A DNA stretch of 63,885 nt from Gracilinanus agilis (GCF_016433145.1 NC_058136.1:20184921-20248805); one strand, 5' to 3'. Positions 21,930-34,120 are shown, counted from the stretch's first letter. Notes: generated by a model from the letters alone, not told the origin. Numbers and translations are program-made.

Positions 21930-22160
21930 GGATCTTAGAATTTCACTGCTTTAAGAGACCTTAGAGGGCATTGAATCATAGATCTAGAGCTGGGAGGGAC
22001 TTCAGAGGCCATCTGGTACAACTTCCTCATTTTATGAGTGAGGAAACTGAGACCCAGAGAAGGGAAGGGACTTGACCAAGGTCACATAGCTAGTGAGCAT
22101 CGGAGCCAGGACTGGAACCCAGTGCTTCAGTCTACGTATCTAATACTCTTTCCGCTGTAC
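21930..22160 (-). mobile_element. MIR/CORE-SINE
   Basis: ggagggacttcagaggccatctg...gaggaaactgagacccagagaag...gtcacatagctagt. Confidence 0.8.
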
Positions 22161-23214
22161 TTCAGCTACTTCACTTAATCTGGCTAATTATTAATTTTGT
22201 CAACTACTATAAAATATCTCCATCACAAGCAATCCAAAGCAGATATACTGATGTCTAAAAATGTCTGTTCCTTGTCTTATTGATATTTATTGATTGTGCT
22301 AGCAAAATCAACCAAAATACCACAGTGATATAATTTCTGAACAACAGCCTACTAGGAATTCGATATGTTTCGTTAAAAAAGAATTCACATTTCCGTTTGA
22401 ATGTTATCACATCACAAGTCCAGATCTCTCCTGGATCTCTGCAGGCTTATTCCACCTTTGTCTAAGAACCCACTGGCAAAGTTTCCAGCCTCCCACTCAG
22501 CCATTTGTGGGCCTGTGGGATCCAGATTATTAGTCAACTGCTCAATTTCTCATTTACTGTCCTTGCTCGATCAGGCCTTCAGCATCTTTTTGCAGGATAG
22601 ACTGTCTTTAATACCTCTGCAGCATCCTTGACTTTCTGTGATTCTTCTTTCGTCCCACATCCCCAGAGATTTTGCCCATTGTTCTTTCCTTTACGCTCTG
22701 AATGAATATGAGTTGCTGCTCTTCATATTTTGTCTCCTCCTCTTCTTTCCCCTCCCTTCTGTCCAAAGTCCAGCAACCAGAGGAATGGCTATTGCTCAGT
22801 CCTGGGAGCACAGCAGGATCTCCATTTCCTCTATTTTCCTCCCAACCATCATTCTGAGGTCCCAGAAAATTCTCCAATGAGAAATTGCATGCCGAATCCA
22901 GGAATGTTGAGAAATGTTGAGAAATTGTTCTCATTGGAAATGCCTCAGATAACAATAAAGCTGGTCATCTTGAATTCACTTAAAAACAAATATAGAAATT
23001 AATTTAGAATCTATAAAAGTGAATTAGAATTAAATTGATTGATGAAAAATTAATAAAATAGTTAATAATTCATAATAGATGATGGAGCGCTGCTACTTTG
23101 CTGGAGACTAACAAGTCAAACTTAGGATCATGGGGTCACAGAGCTGGAAGGGACCTTAGAAACCATCTAGTCCAATCTCCTTATTTACAAATAAAGAAAC
23201 AGGGGGCCCTCTGA

Positions 23215-23372
23215 GGTCTGGAAATTGGAGGTCCTGGGTTCAAATCAGGGCTAGCTATGGGACCTGGGCAAGTTTGCTTAATCCTCATTCCTAGCCCTTA
23301 CCACTCTTCTGTCTTGGAACCAAATACTTAATGTTGATTTTAAGATGGAAGGTGAGGGTTTAAAAAAAAAGA
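23215..23372 (+). mobile_element. SINE1_Mdo-type SINE
   Basis: ggaggtcctgggttcaaatc...cctagcccttaccactcttctg...ggaaggtgagggtttaaaaa. Confidence 0.85.
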
Positions 23373-24413
23373 AATAGGCTCTGAGAAGTAAAGGGACTTG
23401 TCACACCAGTAGTGTTGGAAGTGGCATTTGAAACCAGTCCCCTAACTTCAAATACATTTCTCTTTCTTCTTAAGACCTCTGGATGTTCTACTCATCTGGC
23501 TTGGCTATTCTTTTTCTTCTCAGAAGGGGTTCATAGTAGGGGGAGTGACTTTTTCCTTCTCAAATCTCTCATCCCTTTCCCTGTGACCTCTCCAGAGCAA
23601 TCATTACGTTTCCATTTTGTGTTATTTTTTCATATTCTTGACCTTTTTGCTAGAGCACAAACTCTGAGAGCTAGGCCTGGCTTATTTCATGGTTGCAACT
23701 CTAGAACTGAGCATGGCTCCCTCTGTGAAGGAGGTGCTTAATAAACATTGTTGAATTGAGTGGCGAGAAGCAACTGTTTTCACCGATACCAGATGGCCCA
23801 AATATCACTAAGCCATGCTAAGCGGAGAGAGCATCCTGGTCAAAGACCATTTCAAAACAAGTATTATTTGCACTTTGGTGACAAAGGACTAGGGAAGGAT
23901 CCGCCGAGGCGGGGGTCTGTTTTGCAAGGCATGTATTAAGCTGAGTGACTTCTGAGGCACCCAGACAGTGAGACAGCATATGGAAGCATATTTCATGACG
24001 CATCCACTAGAGATAACTCCAATTCCTAGGTCTTAGCAGAACTTCCCTCTTTGGCGATACTGTCTTCCGTCCAAGTTTCCAATTTCCTGAAACACTCTTC
24101 ATTTGCTGCCAAGTGGCTTCCTAAATTGCATTTGTGATGCTGGCTCTCAGTTCTTCCAAAGAAGGCAGTTTGGATGAGTGAAACAACTGTCGGAGCACAT
24201 CTGCTCCTATCATGGGTGCAACCAAATTTATTAAAGTTTGATACATTTGAACGAGGACTTTGGAAGCTCCACACTTAATGCAGCACAAGTGACAAAGAGG
24301 AGACAGGGTAGCTGTAAAGGTAGAAGCTGCCTGAGGGCTGATCTCCCACCACCGTCTCTCCCCAACCTCCAGTTCCTGTCTCTAGTGGTTTCCTTCTTGA
24401 AATCATAGAAATG

Positions 24414-24595
24414 ATTTTTTTGCAACCCTTACCTTCTGGTTTAGAATCCATGCTAAGTATCGGATTCAAGAAAGAATGGTAAGAGCTAGGCCATTGGGGT
24501 TAAGGGACTTGGCCAGGGTCACACAGCTAGGCAGTGTGGGAGCCACATTTGAATCCAGGATCTCCTGTTTCCGGGGCTGCTTCTCTATCCACTGT
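24414..24595 (-). mobile_element. SINE1_Mdo-type SINE (diverged)
   Basis: aacccttaccttct...ggggttaagggacttggccagggtcacacagctagg. Confidence 0.75.
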
Positions 24596-25019
24596 AATGG
24601 GAGACTGGACTCCTTTGTTGCCCAGTCTCCCCTTCCCCCTTCCCCAGGTATAGAACCATCAACTGTCAGAATTGGAAGAGACCTTAGAGACTAGCTGCTC
24701 CAAATCCTTTATTTTAGAAGTGAGGACTAACCAAGGCTCAGAGAGGATAAGTGTCTTGGCTAAGGACACACGACTTCTTACGTTCAAATGGCTGCCATGG
24801 CCTTATATTCAGGAATAGCATGTTGGACCTCCCATAACAGGTATGTTTTGATATTTGTTACTCTTTCACAGCCCAGCTCAAAAGTCTCTTCTTCCATGAA
24901 GTTATCCCTGACTTCTTTAGCTTGGAGTGATTGCCCCCATCCAGCTCGCACATCCTCTCAAATTCTATAGTTCTTCCTCTCTGTCCTACTTTTGTGTCCC
25001 TTATAATGACAGCTTGCAT

Positions 25020-25240
25020 GTATATAGCTGTTTTAATGTTTGCAAAGCACTTCATAAATATTACTTATTTGATCCTCTCAACAACCCTGGGATGTGCTAT
25101 TATTATCATCTCCGTTTTACAGAGGAGGAAATGAAGTCAGACAGATGTGAAATGACTTGCTCAGGATCGTACAGCTAATAAATATCTGGGGCTAGATTTG
25201 AACTCCGGTTTTCCTGACTCCAGGTCCAGCACTCTCTTAA
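25020..25240 (-). mobile_element. MIR/CORE-SINE
   Basis: gcaaagcactt...atttgatcctctcaacaaccctgg...tttacagaggagg...gatttgaactc. Confidence 0.8.
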
Positions 25241-25883
25241 TTTCACCCTCTGGTTTTTTCCTCACACCACAAACAACTTGGAATGTAGTTATTTGAACAA
25301 ATATATCATCTCCTTTTCTTCACTTCTGGAATGAAAACTACCAGAGGGAAAAGAGTGAATCTTACTATCTTTCTCCAATTCAGTCCCCAAAACATTTGTT
25401 TACTACCCATAATGTGCAAGTATGGCTGGAGCGCTGGTCTCAGAGCCAGAAAGATCTGGGGTCAAGTCCCAACTCTAAGACTAGACATGGGAGAGAAGTT
25501 GCTGCTCTGCACAGATGGAAGTTCTTTCTGTCATTGACATAGCGCCTGTCTCTAGTCTATCCCTATATGCAAAGCACTACAGTCTTCTTTATATGATCAG
25601 AGGTTCAGAGATTCAGACCTGGAAGGGACCTCAGAAATCCTTTATTTTACACATGAAGGAACCGAGGCCCTTAATGGTGAAGTGACTTGCCCAAAGTAAC
25701 ACAGGTCAAAAATGAAAGAGGCGAGCTTTGAACCCAGATCCTCCCACTCCAAAGCTGTTTCCCTCCCAAACCATATTCCCTCTCTTAGAAGATGGTTTAT
25801 ATTAGTTGAGATATAATTAGGAGACATTTCTTTCTGAAGACAAAATCTAGGATTATTATCCTAATGAAATAGATACCTTCTAG

Positions 25884-25885
<2 letters not shown>

Positions 25886-25933
<48 letters not shown>
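25886..25933. repeat. (GT)n microsatellite
   Basis: About 24 GT units. Confidence 0.98.
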
Positions 25934-25936
<3 letters not shown>

Positions 25937-26028
25937 TTACCCACTTCTACTCTGGAGGCTGCTAGTGCCTCCCCCCTCTATCACCTAATATCAATTTGAT
26001 ATCACATCATCTCCCCAATAGAATATGC

Positions 26029-26726
26029 CAGTGATGGTGAACCTTTTAGTGTTGTGTTTTTTTTAAACCCTCACCTTCCATCTTGGAGTCATTACTGTGT
26101 ATTGACTCCAAGGCAGAAGAGTGGTAAGGGTAGGCAATCGGGGTTAAGTGACTTGCCCAGGGTCACACAGCTGGGAAGTGGCTGAGGCCGGGTTTGAACC
26201 TAGGATCTCCTGTCTCTAGGCCTGACTCTCAATCCACTGAGCTACCCAGCTGCACCCCCATGGTGAACCTTTTAGAGACAGAATGCTGGGCCTGTCCCCA
26301 ACCCCTCCCCAACACTGAGTGCCAGGCATACCCTACCTCCCCCTTATCCCACATGGGGGAAGGAGAAAGTTCTCCCATTGAGCTGCTGGGCAAAGGGACG
26401 GGTGAAGTGAGGAATGTCCTCAGCGAGTGTAGGGAGGGGAGGGGAGTGGCTGAATGCTCTGTTCTCCTCTAGCTCTACTGCCTTTGAGCCACCCACTTTA
26501 CCCCCTGTGCCCTCCCATGGGGTTGCTGGGCAGAGAGGCGGGGGATGTGAAAAAATGTCCTCTGGCACATTGGAGAAGGGGAGGGGAGCAGCTCTGCCTG
26601 AGTCCATCTTTCTGTCTTTCTAGTAATGAATTCAGGGGTGGTGGGGTAGTGGAGGGCAGCCACATGCTCACAGAGAGTGCTCTGTGTGCCACCTTTGGCA
26701 CCTGTGCCATAGATTCGCCATCACTG
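26029..26726 (-). mobile_element. hAT MITE family B, long variant, interrupted by a SINE
   Basis: TIRs cagtgatggtgaacct / agattcgccatcactg; TSD gaatatgc / gaatatat; interior is the reverse complement of the 6461 and 55048 copies. Confidence 0.9.
26050..26259 (-). mobile_element. Young SINE1_Mdo-type SINE nested in the hAT MITE
   Basis: Full-length SINE; 16-bp TSD atggtgaaccttttag at 26034-26049 and 26260-26275. Confidence 0.95.
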
Positions 26727-27679
26727 GAATATATTCTCCTTGGAGGTAGAAGCTGGTTTGCTTTCATTTTGTTTCCCAGTGCTAAGTATAGTGCCTGACC
26801 TAGAGTGGACCATGAATAAATGCCTGTTGATCAACTAATGAGCTGATAATCTCAACTTCATTAAGCATTTGTGGCATATATATGGAGAAGAACTCTGTGC
26901 CTTTTGAGAAATTAAGTCTGCCATATGGGCTCCATCCTAATGGAATCTGCAGTTTAGGTGAGGAGACAGAGCACACAGAGGGTTGTTATGTGCCTGCCAG
27001 GTAGTATGGTATAGATGCCAAATGAACATGTGGCCAATGAATGAATGAAATGGCTTTTGCTATGTACAGAGCACCAAGTGTGGAATCAGAGAATCTCACT
27101 TTGAATCCTGGCTCTGCTATTTCCTGTGTCATCCTTTGCACCTCCCTTCACTAGTCCTTAGTGTCTCGCTAAAATCTCCCCTGAAGACTGTTCAAGTCTT
27201 ATGATTGCTGTTGGTATGAGTGACTCAATTTACCAAACATTTTTAAGTCAACAGGCCTAATATGTGGCAGCCATTGTACTAGACACTGAGGATACAAAGA
27301 AAAAGGAATCAAATCCCTGCTCGCAAGTGGTCTACATTCTACTGGGATTTAAGAACCCATTCTGGGTAAAGCAGAGACACAGAAATTCCAGAAGCTGGGA
27401 GGAGCCACATGGGGTAGAGTAGTCAACAAAGATCTTTTGAAGAACATGGAACTTCCAAGGAGTCCAAGGATATACTTAAGGACTGACAATAGCGTTCCCA
27501 GACCAGAGCATCAGGACTTAAGTGGTCTCATGGTTATACTCAGTTTTATTTTGGGGGTTCTTAGGAGAGAGAATAATGCACCCCTCCTTGGAAAATGACT
27601 GTAGTTAGAGCCCAATAAAGGTTTCCTGAAGGAATTAATGAATAAATGATTATGAGAATGAGAAATACCTTATAGGTCA

Positions 27680-27900
27680 TTGAAACCAAGCCTTTCACTT
27701 TACAGGTGAGGAAACTGAGTCTCAGGGAGGGGATGTGGCTGGTCCAAGGTCCCACAGCTAAAAAGTGGCAGAGCTGAGATTTGAATTTAGGTCCTATGGG
27801 AATCCTTTCCACTGTACCGTGCTGTTTTTTTCTGACAATGTATGGAAAGTACTTTCAAACTTTAAAGTGCTACCTAAATGTCAATTATTATTATACTGAT
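27680..27900 (-). mobile_element. MIR/CORE-SINE
   Basis: tttacaggtgaggaaactgag...aaggtcccacagcta...gatttgaa. Confidence 0.75.
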
Positions 27901-29744
27901 AGATTTCTTTACACTCTGTAGATTTATCTTTGTCTGATAATTCATACGTGTCTAATATTCAAAATGATCATAAGACCTTGTTTTCTAGGACACAAAGTGG
28001 TTCTAACACTAATTTTGATGATAATAATAAGAAACATTTTAAACACTGTGATTTTTAAGATTGGGGCTGAATGCTGTGCCTGTGCGGAGAACTACTTCTA
28101 CATTTGGGATCTTTGTTTTTCTTATGGCTCATTCTGAGAACAGAAAGAACGGCATGGTGGGTTTTCCGTTATGTGTTCGGTTTCTTTTGTCTCCCCGTGG
28201 AATTTTAAAGGGGAGCGTGAGTAGCTTTCCATCATTGTTATTGCTCATGATTTCTCTTTGAGACTGAAATTGAGGTAGCTTCATATCTCATGCTTCATAT
28301 CTCATGCTCAGTGCCCCTTGCTTGCCAACTTCTCACCCACACAAAGGTTGGAAACTAATAAATTAGACCTAATTGCCAACTATTTCAGAGCTCTGTGGTC
28401 GGTTCCCTTTATTCCAAGTTTTCCACAGAGATTTTGGGAAAGCTTTGAGCCATCCCAGTGCTTACATGCTTAAGAAACGTGTCAAGTGAATGAATAAGCA
28501 AAAGAACAAGTTGTTCTCATTTTTTAAACCTGATATGGAATTTGGCTTGTCTGGTACAATTTGATCTAATTTGATATGCAAAATTTTTTAAAAAATCCTT
28601 TTTCTGTCCAATGTACTAGTGTCCTTTTTTTAATCATTAAGAACTGCTCTGGAGGGATGCCCGCCTCACAGGNNNNNNNNNNNNNNNNNNNNNNNNNNNN
28701 NNNNNNNNNNNNNNNNNNNNNNNNNNNNNNNNNNNNNNNNNNNNNNNNNNNNNNNNNNNNNNNNNNNNNNNNNNNNNNNNNNNNNNNNNNNNNNNNNNNN
28801 NNNNNNNNNNNNNNNNNNNNNNNNNNNCAGTGGAAAGCCAGGAAAAATAGAGACTCTTTGAAGATTAGTAAATAAATGCATTGCTTATGCAAACCATCCC
28901 AGGGATGGCCTCACAGTCCCGAGGACAAACTCTTCAGATGGAGCTAATGGTTATATGTAAATACCTGCATGGGAGGGGAAAAAATCACCTCTCCCTTGAT
29001 AATTTCCTTTAAAAGCCTGTTTGGTTTGATGATGAAAGTAATATCAACTGGACTTCATACCGAGAAAATTGTATTATTGTTCCCACAAATACAAATATAG
29101 ACTTTGTAATTGATGTGCCCCTTTCATGCTCTACAGCTGGTTGGGTTTGGGTTGTTTTGCCTCCTCCAGACACTTCAAACCCGATGGCTTTCTCGAATGA
29201 ACTCACACCAGTCCTCGGTTGATCACAGTCTGAGAAAGACCAACGTGTTGAGTTTCCGACGGGCACTGCCGAAGCAACCGTTGGCCTTCTAGCTAGTGGT
29301 CTGGAATTTTGTCGAACTGATCTGAATTTTCTAAGGGAACTTGTTATATTTCTAAGGAAGAAAGCCTACGTAGAAGATAGAAAAAAGGAGCACTCACTAG
29401 CAGATATCCTTTGCATAAGGTGATAGAGAAATGAAGGGGAATGTGTAGGATCTCTGTAAATTGAAGGTGAGTGGAATGTCTTGTTACCTTGGCATGCTTC
29501 AGAGGCTAACCAAAAGACCCTTTTTGCTGGGGCTGAGGGGACCAACAGCCGGTGACCTCAGAGTAGTCTTGGCCCTTCTCTCGGTCTCTTTCTCTACCCT
29601 AAGAATGGGGCTAATGTTGTGTGGACCATGGCTGACGCAGATGCGATGAGGTGGTGGTAGTGAATGCGGCCATCTCTGACACATACGAAGGGCCCATCAT
29701 TGGAAGGGGCTGTCCTTCGGATGACTGAGAATGGTGGCTCTCAT

Positions 29745-30065
29745 TACAGTCTCTGAGAAGGGACCTTGGGGAGCATCTGGTCCAACTTGCACTCCAAAGA
29801 GGTCTCACTCACGCGTGCACTCGTCCAGCCTCTGTTTGAAGATCTCCAGAAATGGGGAACCCAGCCCCTCCTCGAGCCCATTCTACTTTGGGACAGCTCT
29901 CATGGTTAGGAAGTTTGGCCTGCCAGGTCACTCAGCTCTCTCTGATTTCTACCCATTGCTCCTAGTTCTGGCAGAACAAGACTGATCTTTCCTCCATTTG
30001 ACATCCCTTTAGTGATGTGCAGACAACTTTCACACCCTCAAGTCTTCTCTCTCCTTAACAAGCAT
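29745..30065 (-). mobile_element. CR1/L3 3' region relic
   Basis: ccagcctctgtttgaagatctcca...ttctactttgggacagctct...ttaggaagtt...acccattgctcctagttctg. Confidence 0.75.
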
Positions 30066-30204
30066 GACTATTTCAATATACAGAGAAGTGTGAAAGAGGA
30101 TTCCTTTTGGAGCTGTGAACTCCTAGAATATCATGTACAGTCTGCGTCTTATTCAAGCTCTTATTAAATTGACCAAAGAGAAAGTGTCACATAGTAGATA
30201 GATT

Positions 30205-30410
30205 TCTGGCCTCAGAGCCAGGAAGACCTGGACTGAAGTTTCACTTTTGAACCATCCTGGCTGTGTGGCCCTGGGCAAGTCATTCAATGTGTCAGTGCTT
30301 TAGGCAATCCTCTAAGACTAGGAGTCATAGGGAAAGTGCAGAGTTGCATTGATAGAGGGATTTTCCTCATCTGGGAGTTCCATATAGCAAAGAAATCTCA
30401 GATCCAGTTC
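30205..30410 (+). mobile_element. Marsupial CORE-SINE with long unique tail (Mar3/WSINE-type)
   Basis: Core followed by taggcaatcctctaagacta...gcattgatagagggattttcctcatctgggagttcc; similar tails at ~46545-46710 and ~19955-20060. Confidence 0.65.
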
Positions 30411-30440
30411 CCATCTCTATTAAATTTTCCCCACCTCTTA

Positions 30441-30570
30441 TAGGCAATGGGGGTCAAGTGACTTGCCCAGGGTCACACAGCTGGGAAGTGTCTGAGGCCA
30501 GATTTGAACCCAGGACCTCCCATCTCCAGGCCTGACTCTCAATCCACTGAGCCACCCAGCTGTCCCCCCC
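30441..30570 (-). mobile_element. 3'-truncated SINE1 with 18-bp TSD
   Basis: SINE head and core only; TSD cccatctctattaaattt at 30410-30427 and 30571-30588. Confidence 0.9.
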
Positions 30571-30619
30571 CCCATCTCTATTAAATTTGACACAATACCA
30601 ACACAGATGAATGGTACCG

Positions 30620-30850
30620 GTTGAGAGCTCTGGGCCTGGAATCAGGAGTTCTAATTTGGTTTCAGGCATTTACTAGCTGTGTAAATCTAAACAAATCATT
30701 TAGCCTCCATTTGCCTCAGTTTTCTCATCTGTAAAATGGGAACAACAGTAGTATTTACCTCCCAGGGTGGTTATGAGGATCAAGTGAGAAGATATTTGTC
30801 AAACTCTTTGGAACCCTTAGAGTGCTATATAAATGCCAGCTAGTATTATC
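30620..30850 (+). mobile_element. MIR/CORE-SINE
   Basis: gcctcagttttctcatctgtaaaatggg...acctcccagggtggttatgaggatcaa...gtgctatataaatg. Confidence 0.85.
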
Positions 30851-30874
30851 ATTTGAAAGAGAATTGTTAGGTGC

Positions 30875-32150
30875 TAGACATGGAGAGCACAAAACAACAC
30901 CGCAAAGACTGACATCAGCTACATTTTAGCAGATGGGAAAAGCCTTATTAGAGATGCAGGAGCTCTCTCTGAGTTGAATGTCTGTGTGTAGTCAGACCAT
31001 CCACTCATCAGAGCTATGGTGAACACTGATAAAAAAAAGAAAGAAGAAGGATGAGAAAAAGATGGGGGGGGGGTCAATGAAGCATCAGTTTGACAAGCTA
31101 TATAGAAAATCAAACTTGGGACCCGGACAACATAAGTGAGCGCAACACCAATGATGATTTCATCCAGAAGTTGAACCAGAGTAAATGAATTATTTCAAGG
31201 GGACTGACAGAAGCCCCAAAGAGCCTTTGTCAGCAGACATCGCACTTACTTGCCAAAAGGAGAGATGGCGGCCAAAGATCAAATAAGGTTGGAGCACAGA
31301 CATTTTGGTCAACTCTGACAAAGAAGGCTGTTCTATGATTGTGAGTAGTATTATCTCAAAAACCGAGAGAGGCAGGAAAGCAGGAAAGCAAAAGAAATTT
31401 TGACAAGATGTTCAACTAAGCCAATCCTAAAGGCATCCAAGGATGAAAATGCAAAGAACATGGCAGATTTGCAAAGATTATTTCAATAAACTTTGATTCA
31501 TCAAAGATAGTGAACCCTATTACAACAGTCCTTGGGATATTTAGAAAGTGGAAATGGCACTTAGAAGAACTAACATGAAAAAAGCAGCTAGATTGGATTA
31601 TATTTATTCTATATAATATGTAATTTTTTATTATGTATTCAGAACTCATATTGGAGATGATATAATTGGAGGGCATTAGGGGGGGCCAATTTCCAAGGTA
31701 TTTATTTATTTGTTTGTTTGTTTATTTTTTTTAAACCCTCACCTTCCATCTCGGAATCAATACTGTGTATTGGCTCCAAGGCAGAAGAGTGGTAAGGGCT
31801 AGACAATGGGGGTAAAGGGACTTGCGCAGGGTCACCCAGCCGTGAAGTGTCTGAGGCCACATTTGAACCCAGGACCTCCCGTCTCTAGGTCTGGCTCTCA
31901 ATCCACTGAGCCACCCAGCTGCCCTCTGTGTATTGGTTCTAAGGCAGAAGAGTGGTAAGGGCTAGGCAACGGGGGCTAAGTGACTTGTCTAGGGTCACAC
32001 AGCTAGGAAGTGTCTTAGACTAAATTTGAACCCAGAACCTCCCATCTCTGGTTCTGACTCTCAATCCACTGAGCCACCTAGATGCCCCCCTACATGGTAT
32101 TTAAAAGAAGAGAAGAAAACAAAGATGCAGAAAGAATCTTAGACATGGAT
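30875..32150 (+). mobile_element. RTE-clade LINE relic (APE endonuclease C-terminus and linker), interrupted by SINEs
   Basis: From 30878 it translates TWRAQNNTAKTDISYILADGKSLIRDAGALSELNVCV*SDHPLIRAM, retaining the APE TW...IDYIL...SDH motifs. Confidence 0.75.
31700..32090 (-). mobile_element. Head-to-tail SINE1 dimer
   Basis: Two SINE1 units (~31720-31924 and ~31926-32090); shared flank ggtattta on both sides. Confidence 0.9.
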
Positions 32151-33094
32151 CTTATGGATACACCCTGCCTCCTCCGAAAAAAAAAAAGAAGTGATTGAGA
32201 AAATACACTAATATCCATGTCTCCATATTTTTATGAGGGACACCGAAGCACAAACTGAGGACATCATCAGTGAGGGAATTAGTAGGGACCAAGTAGGCTC
32301 TCCTAAATTTGATTCAGCAAAGGGCTGGCATTTCGAGTTGGATTCCTTTCAATTTCATCCCCAAGACATGGCGAGAGAACGTAGACAAGTGAACTATTTT
32401 CCAATAATTCATGACAACCCTTCAGGTACCACCTTGTTCACAGGAACCTCAGGGATTTGGCAAGGTCAGGAGCCATATTGATGGCAGAACTTCAACCAAA
32501 GGGGCAGGAGCCACCGACAGCTGGACTTGGCCAAGCCACCCTGTCTCCGTCCGCCACAGCCTCCTGGGCAGCAGTCCCCTTTGGAGGCGACCATGTCCTC
32601 CCGTTATGGTAGTGTTTATATATTTCTTCACTTCGGCTAAAACTGTGCTGCTATTTGAAATTAGGTTCCTCCTTTTTTATTTACTGTGCCACCAAAGACG
32701 TTTTTGAGCATTGTGCTCCTAACGCCATTTCTCCCATAAGCCCTGGGGGTTGCGTTGAGTGCTTTGTTGGGGGGGGGCACACATTAGGTTGTGTTATAGC
32801 AGGATGGATGGTAGTCACGTGCGTGGCCCAGTGCAGCGATTAGAGGGGCACTGGTATTAGTGCCTGAGAGTGACAGAGAATGCTGCAAGTCAGAGCAGCC
32901 CAGGACACGGAGTGCCAGTTTTCTTCTCACCTCAATGGGGATGGCCCTCACCTTTCTGTGTGTGAGAGAAAGAGGGCAGAGAAAAGGTGGAATCTGGGCG
33001 GGCTGTAATGGCCTCTGGTCATACCCAGCTGGAGCCACAGAGGGATGGGGCTGCTTTTTCACTTCCCTTACATGGCATGATGGAAACAACTTTC

Positions 33095-33260
33095 TTTGTA
33101 CAGTCGAAAGCTGCTTGGTTTGAATCCCAGCTCCGCTATCTGTGTGACCTTGTGCAAATCCCATCAGCTTTCTGGACCTCAGTTTCTTCCATTTCTGTAA
33201 AACGGAGGGGAGTGGGTTGAGTGATCTTTAAGGTCCCTTTCAGCTCTAAATCCTCTGAGC
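33095..33260 (+). mobile_element. MIR/CORE-SINE
   Basis: ggtttgaatcccagctc...tgtgtgaccttg...ggacctcagtttc...tctgtaaaa...aggtccctttcagctctaaatc. Confidence 0.8.
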
Positions 33261-34120
33261 ATGCTTTCTACAGAACCACCTAGGAAACTACCTTAAAAAT
33301 TCTGCAAAATCATTTTCATAAAATATTGATGACAGTAGCAAGTCTAATTCATTAGTGATTTAATTATATGGATAATTTGGACCAAAATGCATCGCCTAAC
33401 TTCTCCACTGTGCTTTGTTGAGCTCCATGTGGCCCAGGGATATGTCTGGTCCAATTTCCTCCAGGCAGCATACAGGCTCCACCAACAGCAGGGAAACAGG
33501 AAGTCCTAGTCTTTGGCTCACTTTCCCTTCCACCAGCTGGAGCCGATTAGGAACAACTCGATCTTACAGTCCCCACTGATTCTGCTTCAGATCTTGTCCA
33601 TGACCACTAGCTTCAACCAATATGAAGGTTACTCAGAGCTGGGGTGTGGGACAGAAAGTCACTAGTGGAAAGAGTAATGCATCTGGAGCAAGGGGACATG
33701 GGTTCAAATTCTGACTCCCACACTTAGCAAATGTGTGCTTTTAGTGAAGTCCTTTCATCTTTCAGGGTCTTAATTTCCTTATCTGTTCAATAGGGATAGT
33801 GACTAGACTCCTGATTTGATTGGTGTAGCGAATTCCTGAGTTAGGATATGGGCAGCTCGGGGGCATCCTAGTGTCCAGNNNNNNNNNNNNNNNNNNNNNN
33901 NNNNNNNNNNNNNNNNNNNNNNNNNNNNNNNNNNNNNNNNNNNNNNNNNNNNNNNNNNNNNNNNNNNNNNNNNNNNNNNNNNNNNNNNNNNNNNNNNNNN
34001 NNNNNNNNNNNNNCTTCCACCTATCTTCTAGAGTTGTTGTAAGGATAAAAGGAGATAATATTTGTAAACTTCTTAGCACAGTGGTTGATACATAGTAAAT
34101 GTTTAAAAATATCTGCTTCA

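Noticed and set aside
29027-29130. C/D box snoRNA (TGATGA)
   Set aside because: No CTGA D box with a terminal stem at a suitable distance
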